A DNA stretch of 64,000 nt from Legionellales bacterium (GCA_041660525.1 JBAZWD010000001.1:224022-288021), one strand, 5' to 3'; positions 41,130 to 50,172 are shown, numbered from the stretch's first letter. Notes: generated from the sequence alone by a model not told the origin. Program-made: numbers and translations.

Positions 41130-42263
41130 ATGAATGATTTTTCAATGCAACGACTCATTGCAGTTATTGTAAAAGAATTTATTCAAATAAAACGCGACAG
41201 ACCCACATTAGCGATGATGGTATTATTGCCTTTAGTACAATTAATTTTGTTTGGTTATGCCATTAATTCCAATCCTAAAAATTTACCCACAGCTTTAGTC
41301 GTATCGGATAATAGCGCTTTGACGGCGGATTTTGTAAGAAGCTTACAGACAACAGATTATTTTGAAATTGTAAATCCTAGCGCAACCTATGAAGAAGCTG
41401 ATCGCTTATTACGTCGGGGCGAAGTAATTTTTACAATACACATTCCTGTAGATTTTACTCGTAATATTATTCGTGGTGGTTATCCTTCATTGTTAATAGA
41501 GGCCGATGCAACCGATCCAGCTGCAACAGGTAATGCGATTGCTGCGCTTTCTCAAGTAGCACAATTATCTTTAGCACCAGATTTAAAAGGTACATTACAT
41601 TATTTACAACCAAATCAAGCGCCATTTGAATTGCGCGTGCACCAACGTTACAACCCAGAATTAATTACCGCATATAATATTGTGCCAGGATTATTAGGTG
41701 TAGTTTTAACCATGTCATTAGTGGTCATTACTTCACAAGCCATGACGCGTGAACGAGAACGCGGCACACTCGAAAATTTATTATCCACACCCGTGCGCCC
41801 ACTGGAAGTGATGCTCGGTAAAATTATTCCGTTTGTGATCGTAGGTTATGCGCAAGTATTTATTATTTTAGCGCTCGCCTATTTTTTATTTAATGTGCCG
41901 ATGGAAGGCAGCGTTATTTTATTAATAATTTTATGCTTACCGTTTATTGCGGCAAATTTATCGGTAGGCGTCACGTTTTCCACCATGGCCAAAAATCAAT
42001 TACAAGCCATGCAAGGCGCAATCTTTTTCTTCCTGCCTTCCATTTTATTATCCGGCTTCATGTTTCCTTTCGCAGGTATGCCACAATGGGCACAATTTAT
42101 CGGCAATATCTTACCGCTCACACATTTCTTAGTGATTGTGCGCGGGATTTTGTTAAAAGGAAATGGATTGGGTGATGTGATGCATGCACTGGTGCCGATA
42201 TTATTGTTTATGATAGTTGTTGTCTATATTGGTTTGAAGCGTTTTCGGCAGACGTTGGATTAG
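41130..42263 (+). CDS. ABC-2 family transporter permease
   Basis: 377 aa with an N-terminal periplasmic domain and a C-terminal 6-TM ABC-2 domain. Its start abuts the ATPase stop. Confidence 0.8.
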   Translation: MNDFSMQRLIAVIVKEFIQIKRDRPTLAMMVLLPLVQLILFGYAINSNPKNLPTALVVSDNSALTADFVRSLQTTDYFEIVNPSATYEEADRLLRRGEVIFTIHIPVDFTRNIIRGGYPSLLIEADATDPAATGNAIAALSQVAQLSLAPDLKGTLHYLQPNQAPFELRVHQRYNPELITAYNIVPGLLGVVLTMSLVVITSQAMTRERERGTLENLLSTPVRPLEVMLGKIIPFVIVGYAQVFIILALAYFLFNVPMEGSVILLIILCLPFIAANLSVGVTFSTMAKNQLQAMQGAIFFFLPSILLSGFMFPFAGMPQWAQFIGNILPLTHFLVIVRGILLKGNGLGDVMHALVPILLFMIVVVYIGLKRFRQTLD

Positions 42264-43675
42264 AGAGTTTTTTGGTTTTTTCAATAAAAGCATTAAATTG
42301 AGTAGTTAAGGTCTTTGGTATAGGTGCGGAACAAGTAGATGACCATACAAAGGAGGTGGTTCCTCCCATTGTTTGTAAACCGATTTTTGCTGGGGTATTA
42401 GCGGTTTCGGTATTTTCATTATTATCATCACCATCTTCTTCTTTATTTATTGTTAATAATTCTTCGCCGCTTTCAGCACCTAGAGAACCATTAACGCAAG
42501 AATTAACAACACCCAACAAAGTTTTAGATGATGGCAACTGTGGCTTTTCAATAAATTCAGCGATAGTCTTAGCCCGATGGGAAGCTTTTGTTAAAGAATA
42601 AAATGCTTCGGTTAATACTGAGAAGAATAAAGAAAAAGAAATGACGAAGTAGCCAGCGATGTTGCCAAGTAAATCTGTAAATACTTTTCTTAATTCATTT
42701 GCGCCTGGTAGAAAAGTCATCATTAAACCTATGATTGCTAAAACAGCAAATACCAAAGTTAATAAGGGGTTTTCTTTAAAGTATTTTTTAACAGAAATGC
42801 CTTGTTGAATTTGTTCAAGGGAAGTAAAGTACACTAATAAAGCATTACCGAGTGCAAATAGAAAAGAAAGAACAATAATAGGTGCGCCACCGCTCGCTAA
42901 AAATACGCCCATTCCCACCCATCCCAAACCAAAATTAACAGCAAAGTTAATGTATGCACATGTTTTAGCAAGATGAAATAAATAAGGATCTTTTTTTCTA
43001 ATCTTATCAAGATCACCCTCATGTACCATTTTCGCAAATCCATTTAACGCGGGAAAATAAATATTTTTTTGCTCAAAGCCGCTGAATATTCCACCTACGA
43101 TGGCTAAGACAACCCCGGCAATAATGGCATCATTATCCCAATTGTTGATTTCAGAAATGGTTTCTTTATCGGAAAATAATAAAATGATAAAACCCGCATT
43201 GGTAATGCCGGTGGTTACCATAAGGCTTAGCGTGAGGAAACTGATAAATTTTTTCAGTAATAAAGGATTATTGATTATGCTACTTAAAAGATTAGGATTT
43301 TCTTCTTCAGCAGGTAGGTATTGCGATTTAAGTAAATTTAACTCTGTAATACTAAATTCAAAAGTTTCATTGGCTTCTTCTTTTGCTTTATTAATGAGAC
43401 AAACGGTAAGCTTTTCAATATCAAGTTCAGCATTAGCTGAGTCGAAGATACCCCTTAGCTAAAACATATGTTTTTAGCTCTTCAGAGAATTCACTGTTTA
43501 GATATAAAAGAAACAAGTAAAAAGTGATAATAGCGCAGTCTTGTTGAATTTTTTGATCAAGATTACCTATGAATTTTAAAAGCTCTGAGACTTTTGCTAA
43601 CTCTTCACTCAGAGCAGCCTTTTTAGAATGCTCAAGCAATATAGAGTTAATAGCTACGAAAGTGGTTGCGAACAT
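42208..43675 (-). pseudogene. multi-TM membrane protein gene apparently split by a frameshift (N-terminal 80-aa ORF 43433..43675 plus C-terminal 337-aa ORF; the C-terminal frame is open without an ATG up to 43458)
   Basis: Two same-strand ORFs in different frames overlap at 43433..43458. The downstream frame stays open for 79 codons upstream of its first ATG (43221) and reaches into the end of the upstream ORF. A CCCC/GGGG homopolymer run lies in the overlap. Confidence 0.4.
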
Positions 43676-43862
43676 AATGTTTAAATTCTCGAAAATTAAA
43701 AGTAAATCGTTAAAAAACCGAATATAAACAAAGACTTATCGTCGTATGGCGACTAGGGCTGGGGTTGGAAATGGATGATTATGTATTAACTTCATTTTTT
43801 GTTCACAAATTAAACAGTTACTATGTAAGAATTACAAATTTGGGGGTGATTGTCAAGAGTTT

Positions 43863-44261
43863 TTATGCCCAGTTTTCAATTTTTAACTGCGGGACACGAG
43901 AAAATTCTTTTTGATTATTAGTGATCAATACAGCTTTTAAGTGCAGCGCGTGGGCAGCTATGATTAAGTCTAAGGGACCAATGGGAGTGCCGGCACGTTC
44001 AAGATGAGCGCGTATGTGTCCGTAATGTTGTGCGGCATTTTCATCGAAAGCGGCTATTTCCAATGGCAGTAGAAACTCTTCTAATGCGGCTTTATTTTTT
44101 TCTACATGCGTGCTTTTTTCAACACCATGCATCAATTCTGCTGCGGTGATAGAAGAAATGCCAATATCGCCTAGGCTAAATAAAGTGAATTTTTCCAGTA
44201 CTTTTTTAGGGTTTTTTTTAATAATATAAATACAGATATTGGTATCGAGCATGTATTTCAT
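43863..44261 (-). CDS. vapC: type II toxin VapC (PIN-domain ribonuclease)
   Basis: 132 aa. The N-terminus MLDTNICIYIIK has the first PIN acidic residue, and downstream Glu/Asp residues are conserved. It overlaps the upstream antitoxin gene by 4 nt. Confidence 0.85.
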   Translation of the reverse strand: MKYMLDTNICIYIIKKNPKKVLEKFTLFSLGDIGISSITAAELMHGVEKSTHVEKNKAALEEFLLPLEIAAFDENAAQHYGHIRAHLERAGTPIGPLDLIIAAHALHLKAVLITNNQKEFSRVPQLKIENWA

Positions 44262-44491
44262 TTGAACAGATCTTCCCTGGTTTGTTCAGTAGCTTGGTCT
44301 CTTGTTTCCATAAAGTCGGGTGAGAATTTATTTAAGCTATTGAACAGGCATTCCCAAGGCTTGTCAATGGGAAGTAAAATTGTGGCATTACCTAGTTTTT
44401 TAATGAAAACTTCTTCGCCTTTAAAGCGGAATTCTTTGGGTAATCTTAGGGCTTGGCTTTGGCCGTTTTGGAATAGTTTTGCGGTTTTCAT
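44258..44491 (-). CDS. vapB: type II antitoxin VapB (AbrB/MazE/SpoVT-fold, VagC-like)
   Basis: 77 aa. The N-terminus MKTAKLFQNGQSQALRLPKEFRF is the classic swapped-hairpin antitoxin motif. Confidence 0.75.
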   Translation of the reverse strand: MKTAKLFQNGQSQALRLPKEFRFKGEEVFIKKLGNATILLPIDKPWECLFNSLNKFSPDFMETRDQATEQTREDLFK

Positions 44492-44576
44492 GAGGATCTC
44501 CTAAGTATATATTGTTTAGTATATACTTTTTATGAGGTAAAGTCAAAGATCTCTTATTCAAGATTTGAGCTCCCGT

Positions 44577-44657
44577 CCAAACGGGCTCCGGTCCTGCGGT
44601 TTCATTTTAGTGCTCGCAAGCTGCGCGCTAAAATAAAACCTCCGGCCACCCGTTTGG
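44577..44657. repeat. about 80-nt compound inverted-repeat element (outer arms CCAAACGGGCTCCGGTCCTGCGG / CCTCCGGCCACCCGTTTGG enclosing an inner imperfect hairpin TTTTAGTGCTCGC…GCGCGCTAAAA)
   Basis: Read directly from sequence. It lies in the 370-bp spacer between vapB (-) and the hypothetical gene at 44865 (+). Confidence 0.4.
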
Positions 44658-44864
44658 AATGAGATCCGATGCGCTGTGTTTAATGTCTATACCCTGAACA
44701 AAAACATTTTTTTTGCTCATAAATTCTTCATAAATTCTTAATTTTTGCTTCATAAATAAGCAATGTTTCTACATAAAATTTTTCTTGCATTGTTGAACCA
44801 CAATGGTACTATACGCGGTATGACTTAGTTTCGAATTTTTACTTAATAGGGAATATATTTTTAC

Positions 44865-45437
44865 ATGGATGCACAGGAATTAATCAATCGCTCTTATTCG
44901 GTGTTCAAAAATTATCATATCTTTATGAATCTCTATGCGTATCTTTGTGACAACAAAGGTTTTGCACAAAAAAAACGTTTGTACCCTTTGCTTGAAAAAC
45001 ATTTATTTTCCATTTTAATTGCTGATCCACTGTATCAAGATTTAAATTGCTTGAGCTTTTTTATTAATTTATATCGATTCCAAACGCAAGAATTAGGCGT
45101 TGACCAAGCGCGGCCTTTTTCTCCGCGCTCTCGTAAATTACGCGATGAATTAATCGGAGCACTCGAGCAAGAATTATTTATTGAAATTGATGACTATGAA
45201 AAGCATTATGAATTTCGTGCCAATCGATTAGCTTTAGAAATTGCTTTATTAAAAGATTATTATCCGCATTTATTATTTGAACAATTAGATTGGGTGATAT
45301 TGTATCGTGAAGCACAACATGAATCGCATGGTTATGTGAGCGTGCATGCGATGGGGTTACTTGAAAAATCCTATGCTGCTTTTAAAAAATATGAATATCA
45401 ATCCGTCACGCAAGTGATGGAATGTGCATTATCCTAA
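44865..45437 (+). CDS. hypothetical protein (190 aa, no recognisable domain)
   Basis: A clean ORF with an AT-rich leader. No conserved motif was recognised by eye. Confidence 0.5.
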   Translation: MDAQELINRSYSVFKNYHIFMNLYAYLCDNKGFAQKKRLYPLLEKHLFSILIADPLYQDLNCLSFFINLYRFQTQELGVDQARPFSPRSRKLRDELIGALEQELFIEIDDYEKHYEFRANRLALEIALLKDYYPHLLFEQLDWVILYREAQHESHGYVSVHAMGLLEKSYAAFKKYEYQSVTQVMECALS

Positions 45438-47408
45438 AGAGTGCGGATCGATATCCAAAGACCAACGTACACCTTTGATGGATAATGATTCTAATTGCGT
45501 CAACCATTGTGCAATAAATGGTTGTAAATGCGCGCGTGATCTGGCTTGTAATAATAAATGTGCGCGATAACGTCCTTGTTTTCTTTGCATGGGTGCTGGA
45601 ATAGGCCCAAGCACCATGATCCCTTCAGGAACCTGCATTAAATTTCTAGCTTCTTGTAAAAATGTAATCGGATCCATTTCAACAATAGATTCTGCGCGCA
45701 TAAGCGCCATATAACTATAGGGAGGCAATCCCGCGATTTGTCGCTCTTGCAATGCGCTTTGTGCAAATGCATGATAACCTTGATTGATTAATTGCGTGAG
45801 TAACGGATGTTGCGGGTGATGCGTTTGAATGGCAACAGTTCCTGCTAAACTTGCGCGTCCCGCACGCCCAGCGACTTGCATAATTAATTGTCCTAAACGC
45901 TCTGCCGCCCGAAAATCTGCGCTTAATAAACCTTGATCCGCATCTAAAATTGCAACTAATGTCACAGATGGAAAATGATGGCCCTTAGCCAGCATTTGTG
46001 TACCGACTAAAATATGATGTTTCCCGGTTTGTACTTCATCTAATAATTGATGTAATTTATTTTTCCCACGCGTACTGTCTCTATCAATGCGTACAGTTTT
46101 ATATTGTGGAAAATGTTCATTAAGCATAGCTTCTATGCGTTGTGTACCATGACCGAGCGGTAAAATATCAGTACTGCCGCAACTCGCACATTGCGTCGGC
46201 ACGCGCGCTTGTTGTTCACAATGATGACAATGCAAAATATTTTTCTTTTTATGGTAAGTAAGACGTGCATCGCAATCGGTGCATTCTGCGACCCAACCAC
46301 AGTCATGACAAATCAATGTTGGTGAAAAACCACGACGATTTAAAAATAATAATACTTGCTGACCTTTATCTAGATGATATTGCATTTTACTGAGCAAAGA
46401 ATAGGATAAACCTTGCTGTAATTTTTGTTTACGAATATCAATAATATCAAAAGTTGGTAATTGTGCGGATCCTGCGCGCATCGTTAACATAAGTTGTTGA
46501 TAACGACCCATTTGCACATTATGTAAACTTTCAAAAGACGGCGTCGCTGTGCCTAACACTATCGGACAATTCTCAAGTTGCGCGCGTTTTAAAGCCAAAT
46601 CGCGAGCGGAATATTTAAAACCGTCTTGTTGTTTAAATGACGTATCGTGTTCTTCGTCGATAATAATTAATTTTAATTTTGGCATGGAGGTGAATACAGC
46701 CGAGCGCGTACCGATGACTATGCGCGCGATACCTTGATGTGCTTGATACCAGGCGTATGATCGTTCTTTATCATTGAGATTGGAATGTAAAACTGCAATA
46801 GGTACATTAAAACGTGCGGTGAATCGTGAAACAGTTTGCGGGGTTAAACTAATTTCTGGCACCAAAACTAAAGCTTGTTCTTGTTGTTGTAAAATTTTAG
46901 CAATGGCTTGTAAGTAAACTTCTGTTTTACCGCTGCCCGTAATTCCCTCTAATAGAAAAGGACAAAAGCCTTGTGCTTGATTAATTTTATCTAATACAAA
47001 TTGTTGTTCGCCATTCAAGGTTAATGCGGGCGTAATATTTTTTGCGCAAGATTCCTCCGAAAGCGGGGTTAATACTTTCCCTTGGCGAAGCAGGGCGGGC
47101 ATGGCTGCCGCAAAAACTTCGCCAACAGGATGATGATAATATTGGCTTGCCCATAAGCATAATGCTAAAGTTGCGTTTGAAAAAATAGGGGTATCGTCTA
47201 ATACATTGATAATCGATTTTAATTTGTTGGGTGCAATATCGCTGTGCGATGCAACTTCAACTAAAATGCCCACTAAGCGCTGGCGACCAAATGGTACAAG
47301 TATGCGCGCACCAATGGCGATGTTTTCCGTGCTTTGCGGTAAATAATCAAATAATTTACGCAAAGGTACGGGTAAAGCGATGCGAAGAATAATGGGTGGA
47401 TTCGTCAT
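45429..47408 (-). CDS. priA: primosomal protein N' (replication restart helicase PriA)
   Basis: Walker A EGITGSGKTEVYL, DEEH box IIIDEEHD, and the Cys-rich zinc-binding region CHDCGWVAECTDCD…CHHCEQ…CASCGS. Confidence 0.9.
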   Translation of the reverse strand: MTNPPIILRIALPVPLRKLFDYLPQSTENIAIGARILVPFGRQRLVGILVEVASHSDIAPNKLKSIINVLDDTPIFSNATLALCLWASQYYHHPVGEVFAAAMPALLRQGKVLTPLSEESCAKNITPALTLNGEQQFVLDKINQAQGFCPFLLEGITGSGKTEVYLQAIAKILQQQEQALVLVPEISLTPQTVSRFTARFNVPIAVLHSNLNDKERSYAWYQAHQGIARIVIGTRSAVFTSMPKLKLIIIDEEHDTSFKQQDGFKYSARDLALKRAQLENCPIVLGTATPSFESLHNVQMGRYQQLMLTMRAGSAQLPTFDIIDIRKQKLQQGLSYSLLSKMQYHLDKGQQVLLFLNRRGFSPTLICHDCGWVAECTDCDARLTYHKKKNILHCHHCEQQARVPTQCASCGSTDILPLGHGTQRIEAMLNEHFPQYKTVRIDRDSTRGKNKLHQLLDEVQTGKHHILVGTQMLAKGHHFPSVTLVAILDADQGLLSADFRAAERLGQLIMQVAGRAGRASLAGTVAIQTHHPQHPLLTQLINQGYHAFAQSALQERQIAGLPPYSYMALMRAESIVEMDPITFLQEARNLMQVPEGIMVLGPIPAPMQRKQGRYRAHLLLQARSRAHLQPFIAQWLTQLESLSIKGVRWSLDIDPHSLG

Positions 47409-47445
47409 TTGGATAAGTGTACCATGATTTTTAAGGAGATCTTGA

Positions 47446-48228
47446 ATGAAAATTGCAACTTGGAATATTAACTCGATGAAAGTGCGGCTGCCACATATTT
47501 TGCGCTGGCTGGGCGAAGAATCGCCAGATATTGTTGCCCTGCAAGAATTAAAGCAACAAGATGCTGATTTTCCTGTTGAGCAAATTAATGCGGCGGGTTA
47601 TCAAGCCATATGGTCTGGGCAAAAGACTTATAATGGCGTGGCATTACTGACGCGCAATACAGGCGAGGATATTGAAAAAGTTTTTCTTAATTTTGAAGAT
47701 GAGCAAAAACGTTTATTAGCGGCAACCATCGATGGTATTCGCGTCATTAATGTGTATGTGCCCAATGGCCAAAGTGTCGGTTCCGAAAAATATCAGTATA
47801 AATTATTATGGTTAGAGCATTTACATGCTTATTTGCAGGGTGCATTAACGCGGTATGAAAAAGTATTAGTGCTGGGTGATTTTAATATCGCGCCAGATGA
47901 TACTGATGTGTATGACCCTAAAGCTTGGGAAGGGCAAGTATTATGTAGTGCAGCTGAACGTGCTGCGCTCGAAAAAATTATGCATTTGGGTTTTCAAGAC
48001 ACTTTTCGTTTATTTCCACAAGCACAAGAGATTTATTCCTGGTGGGATTATCGCACGTTTGCATTTGCGGGTAATCGAGGTTTGCGGATAGATTTATTGT
48101 TAGCCAACCCAGCTTTGTCAAAACAAATTCAGCGTTGTTGGGTTGATATCCGTCCTAGAACTTGGGAGAGGCCTTCTGATCATGCGCCGGTATTAATTGA
48201 ATGTAATATACCATTGCAAGGAGCGTAG
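47446..48228 (+). CDS. xthA: exodeoxyribonuclease III
   Basis: 260 aa. The N-terminus MKIATWNINS, the LQELK motif, the GDFNIAPDD motif and the C-terminal SDHAPV are all conserved ExoIII/APE motifs. Confidence 0.9.
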   Translation: MKIATWNINSMKVRLPHILRWLGEESPDIVALQELKQQDADFPVEQINAAGYQAIWSGQKTYNGVALLTRNTGEDIEKVFLNFEDEQKRLLAATIDGIRVINVYVPNGQSVGSEKYQYKLLWLEHLHAYLQGALTRYEKVLVLGDFNIAPDDTDVYDPKAWEGQVLCSAAERAALEKIMHLGFQDTFRLFPQAQEIYSWWDYRTFAFAGNRGLRIDLLLANPALSKQIQRCWVDIRPRTWERPSDHAPVLIECNIPLQGA

Positions 48229-48255
48229 CAAATGCCACGCTCGCAATGATAAACA

Positions 48256-48882
48256 CTAGAATGAAGAGTTATCGTCGTTAAAAGGATTAACAGACGCAGT
48301 GTTTTGACTCATTTGTGGAGCAACAGGCGCTTGGTCACGTGTTACTTTTTTAACTTTTTTGATGGTTTTCGCCGCAGCTTTCTTAGGCTTAGCACTTACA
48401 GCTGATTTTTCTTTCTTTTTCCAATCACTGTTAAATTGTGCAATCGCTTTGGTTAAACCGTTTAGTCTGTCTTCTTGAGATTTAGCATCTTGCGCTGTTT
48501 TGTGTAAATCAGCATGTTGCTTTTGGATTTTTTTCAAACCAGCAGCGCCTTTAGCAATAGATTTTTTTGCAGTAGCTAAGGCTTTCTTGCCAGTTTTGCT
48601 GCTTTTAATTGCTAATTTTTTAGCAATCGCATCGTGTTTAGCAACAGCGCTGTTATTTTTTTTCTCAGCAGCAGCTACTTTCTTTTGTGCACTAGCAGCT
48701 TGCGTTGAAGCTTTTTTAGATTCTGCTTTAGCAGCGGCCAATGCTTTTTTAAGTGTTGCGGCTAGATTTTTTTCGATAGCTTTCACTTGAACTTTTTGAG
48801 CTTTGGGTTTTTTAGCAGCAGATTTTTTAACTGCACGCTTTGCTGTTTTACGAGTAGTAGTTTTTTTGCGAAGTTTTGGCAT
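48256..48882 (-). CDS. Lys/Ala-rich histone H1-like basic protein
   Basis: 208 aa, low complexity with (A/K)-rich repeats (KKSAAKKPKAQK…AAKAESKKAS…KKAAAKTIKKVKK) and a short non-basic C-terminal tail. It resembles bacterial Hc1/Hq1/AlgP-type H1-like proteins. Confidence 0.7.
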   Translation of the reverse strand: MPKLRKKTTTRKTAKRAVKKSAAKKPKAQKVQVKAIEKNLAATLKKALAAAKAESKKASTQAASAQKKVAAAEKKNNSAVAKHDAIAKKLAIKSSKTGKKALATAKKSIAKGAAGLKKIQKQHADLHKTAQDAKSQEDRLNGLTKAIAQFNSDWKKKEKSAVSAKPKKAAAKTIKKVKKVTRDQAPVAPQMSQNTASVNPFNDDNSSF

Positions 48883-49019
48883 GGATATTCTCCTAAAAGT
48901 TTAAAAATAAATGTACAGTTGCACTTTAAATCAAAAAATAATAAACAGCAATAATTATTAATGGTAAACTACTTTAATTCAATACGTTTTTTTGTTTTTT
49001 TTATGTTGGGAGAAATAAT

Positions 49020-49346
49020 ATGACTTTTGTTGTGACTGAAAACTGTATTCGTTGTAAATATACGGACTGTGTAGAGGTTTGTCCCGTTGATTGTTTTCAT
49101 GAAGGGCCGAATATGTTGGTGATTGATCCCGATGAGTGTATTGATTGCGCATTGTGTGAACCAGAATGTCCGGTGAATGCAATTGTTTCTGAAGATGATC
49201 TGCCTAGTGATCAAGCCGAATTTTTGACACTCAATGCACGCGTGTCAAAAAAATGGCCAGTAATTACAAAAATGAAAGCAGCACCTGATGATGCAAAACA
49301 ATGGGAAGGTGTTTTAAATAAGCGCGAATTTTTTAAAGAAGAGTAA
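49020..49346 (+). CDS. fdxA: 7Fe ferredoxin (Azotobacter-type FdxA)
   Basis: The N-terminus [25 protein letters not shown]…[16 protein letters not shown] carries the two Cys clusters ([3Fe-4S] + [4Fe-4S]) in the FdxA arrangement. Confidence 0.85.
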   Translation: MTFVVTENCIRCKYTDCVEVCPVDCFHEGPNMLVIDPDECIDCALCEPECPVNAIVSEDDLPSDQAEFLTLNARVSKKWPVITKMKAAPDDAKQWEGVLNKREFFKEE

Positions 49347-49564
49347 GCGTGCGTGCGCGAATGTCGCAAATTATTGTAAGCTTATGCTTAAAATCGTGTC
49401 AGATAAAAAAAAATATTATTTTTTTAAAAAAGATTTGATGTGAATAAAATCGCGTAACCCTTTGATTTATATAATTGCAATAGCGATCTTTGTGCGATTA
49501 CAATCACTTAGCAATGAAAACTTCTTGTAAGATCACATTGCAAGTTTGCAAATACTTGTTATAG

Positions 49565-49703
49565 TTACTTTAATACCAAATGGAATGGGTTGAATTTAAT
49601 ACAGGGTTCTGCACGCTCAACAAGGATCGTTGGACGTTAATTTCGTTGGACATGGATGTCCAACGTTTTCTTAAAGGCGGCCTTCGGGTCGCCTTTTTAT
49701 TTA
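49565..49703 (+). ncRNA. candidate CsrA/RsmA-titrating small RNA (RsmZ/RsmY/CsrB family-like)
   Basis: About 120 nt containing at least 5 GGA motifs (TGGAATGG, AAGGATCG, TTGGACG, TTGGACATGGATG). One sits in the loop of a perfect 9-bp hairpin (CGTTGGACA-TGGA-TGTCCAACG). The region ends in a strong intrinsic terminator (AGGCGGCC-TTCG-GGTCGCC + TTTTTATTT) 14 nt before the gspC start. It lies directly downstream of fdxA. A GacA-box-like TGTAAGATCACATTGCAAG sits at 49526..49544. Confidence 0.45.
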
Positions 49704-49716
49704 TATGTGATGTCAT

Positions 49717-50172
49717 ATGTTAAATACCACCCAGTTGCAATCTTATTTAGAACAAGACCACGTGGCGAGAGGCATCTTCCTATTTTTACTGCTGATACTA
49801 CTTCTCATTATTTTCAATATATTCAAAATTAGTTTTACGCCGCAAAGCCAGTCTGTTGCCGTTGAAACGATTACCCATACACATAATCATGTATTTGTAG
49901 CCAGTCCCTTGTTTGGCCAATCTCCGAACTCCGGCGTATTACAAGAAACGCGACTAAGTTTAAATTTAAAAGGGATTTTTGCAGCTTCTACTTCTGCAAC
50001 CGGCTCTGCTGTAATTGGCACATCGAAGGGCGAACGGATTTATATTGTAGGGGATACCGTAGAAGGTGCTATTATACAAGATATTCAACCCGATTATGTG
50101 GTGTTAGAATTCCAAGGTAATCAAGAAATATTACGCTTGCCAGAGGGAGAACGCCTGACAAGCTCCAAGTAG
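49717..50172 (+). CDS. gspC: type II secretion system protein C-like (short form, HR domain only, no PDZ)
   Basis: 151 aa with an N-terminal TM anchor and C-terminal IYIVGDTVEGAIIQDIQPDYVVLEFQGNQEILRL, which resembles the GspC HR / PilP-like beta domain that contacts the secretin. It sits immediately upstream of gspD. Confidence 0.5.
   Translation: MLNTTQLQSYLEQDHVARGIFLFLLLILLLIIFNIFKISFTPQSQSVAVETITHTHNHVFVASPLFGQSPNSGVLQETRLSLNLKGIFAASTSATGSAVIGTSKGERIYIVGDTVEGAIIQDIQPDYVVLEFQGNQEILRLPEGERLTSSK

Noticed and set aside
43100..43462. 120-aa plus-strand ORF across the frameshift junction
   Set aside because: It is antisense to the membrane-protein reading frames, which are much longer and have hydrophobic-helix periodicity. 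There is no start context.
44520..44700. Considered tmRNA, SRP (4.5S) RNA, RNase P RNA or a tRNA in the structured region upstream of vapB
   Set aside because: No tRNA-like acceptor/T-arm, no GGAA/AGCAGCC SRP domain IV motif, no tmRNA tag reading frame or 3' CCA-proximal T-loop, and no RNase P P4 consensus was recognisable. It is kept only as an unclassified inverted-repeat element.
48500..48790. 96-aa plus-strand ORF rich in Ala/Phe/Leu opposite the histone-like gene
   Set aside because: It is the reverse-complement shadow of the low-complexity AAG/GCT-rich Lys/Ala repeats of the minus-strand gene.
49631..49666. CGTTGGAC direct/inverted repeats interpreted as a transcription-factor operator for the gsp operon
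   Set aside because: They are more parsimoniously explained as the stems of GGA-loop hairpins of the candidate Rsm-type sRNA that ends at the adjacent terminator. The operator idea is retained only as an alternative inside that finding.
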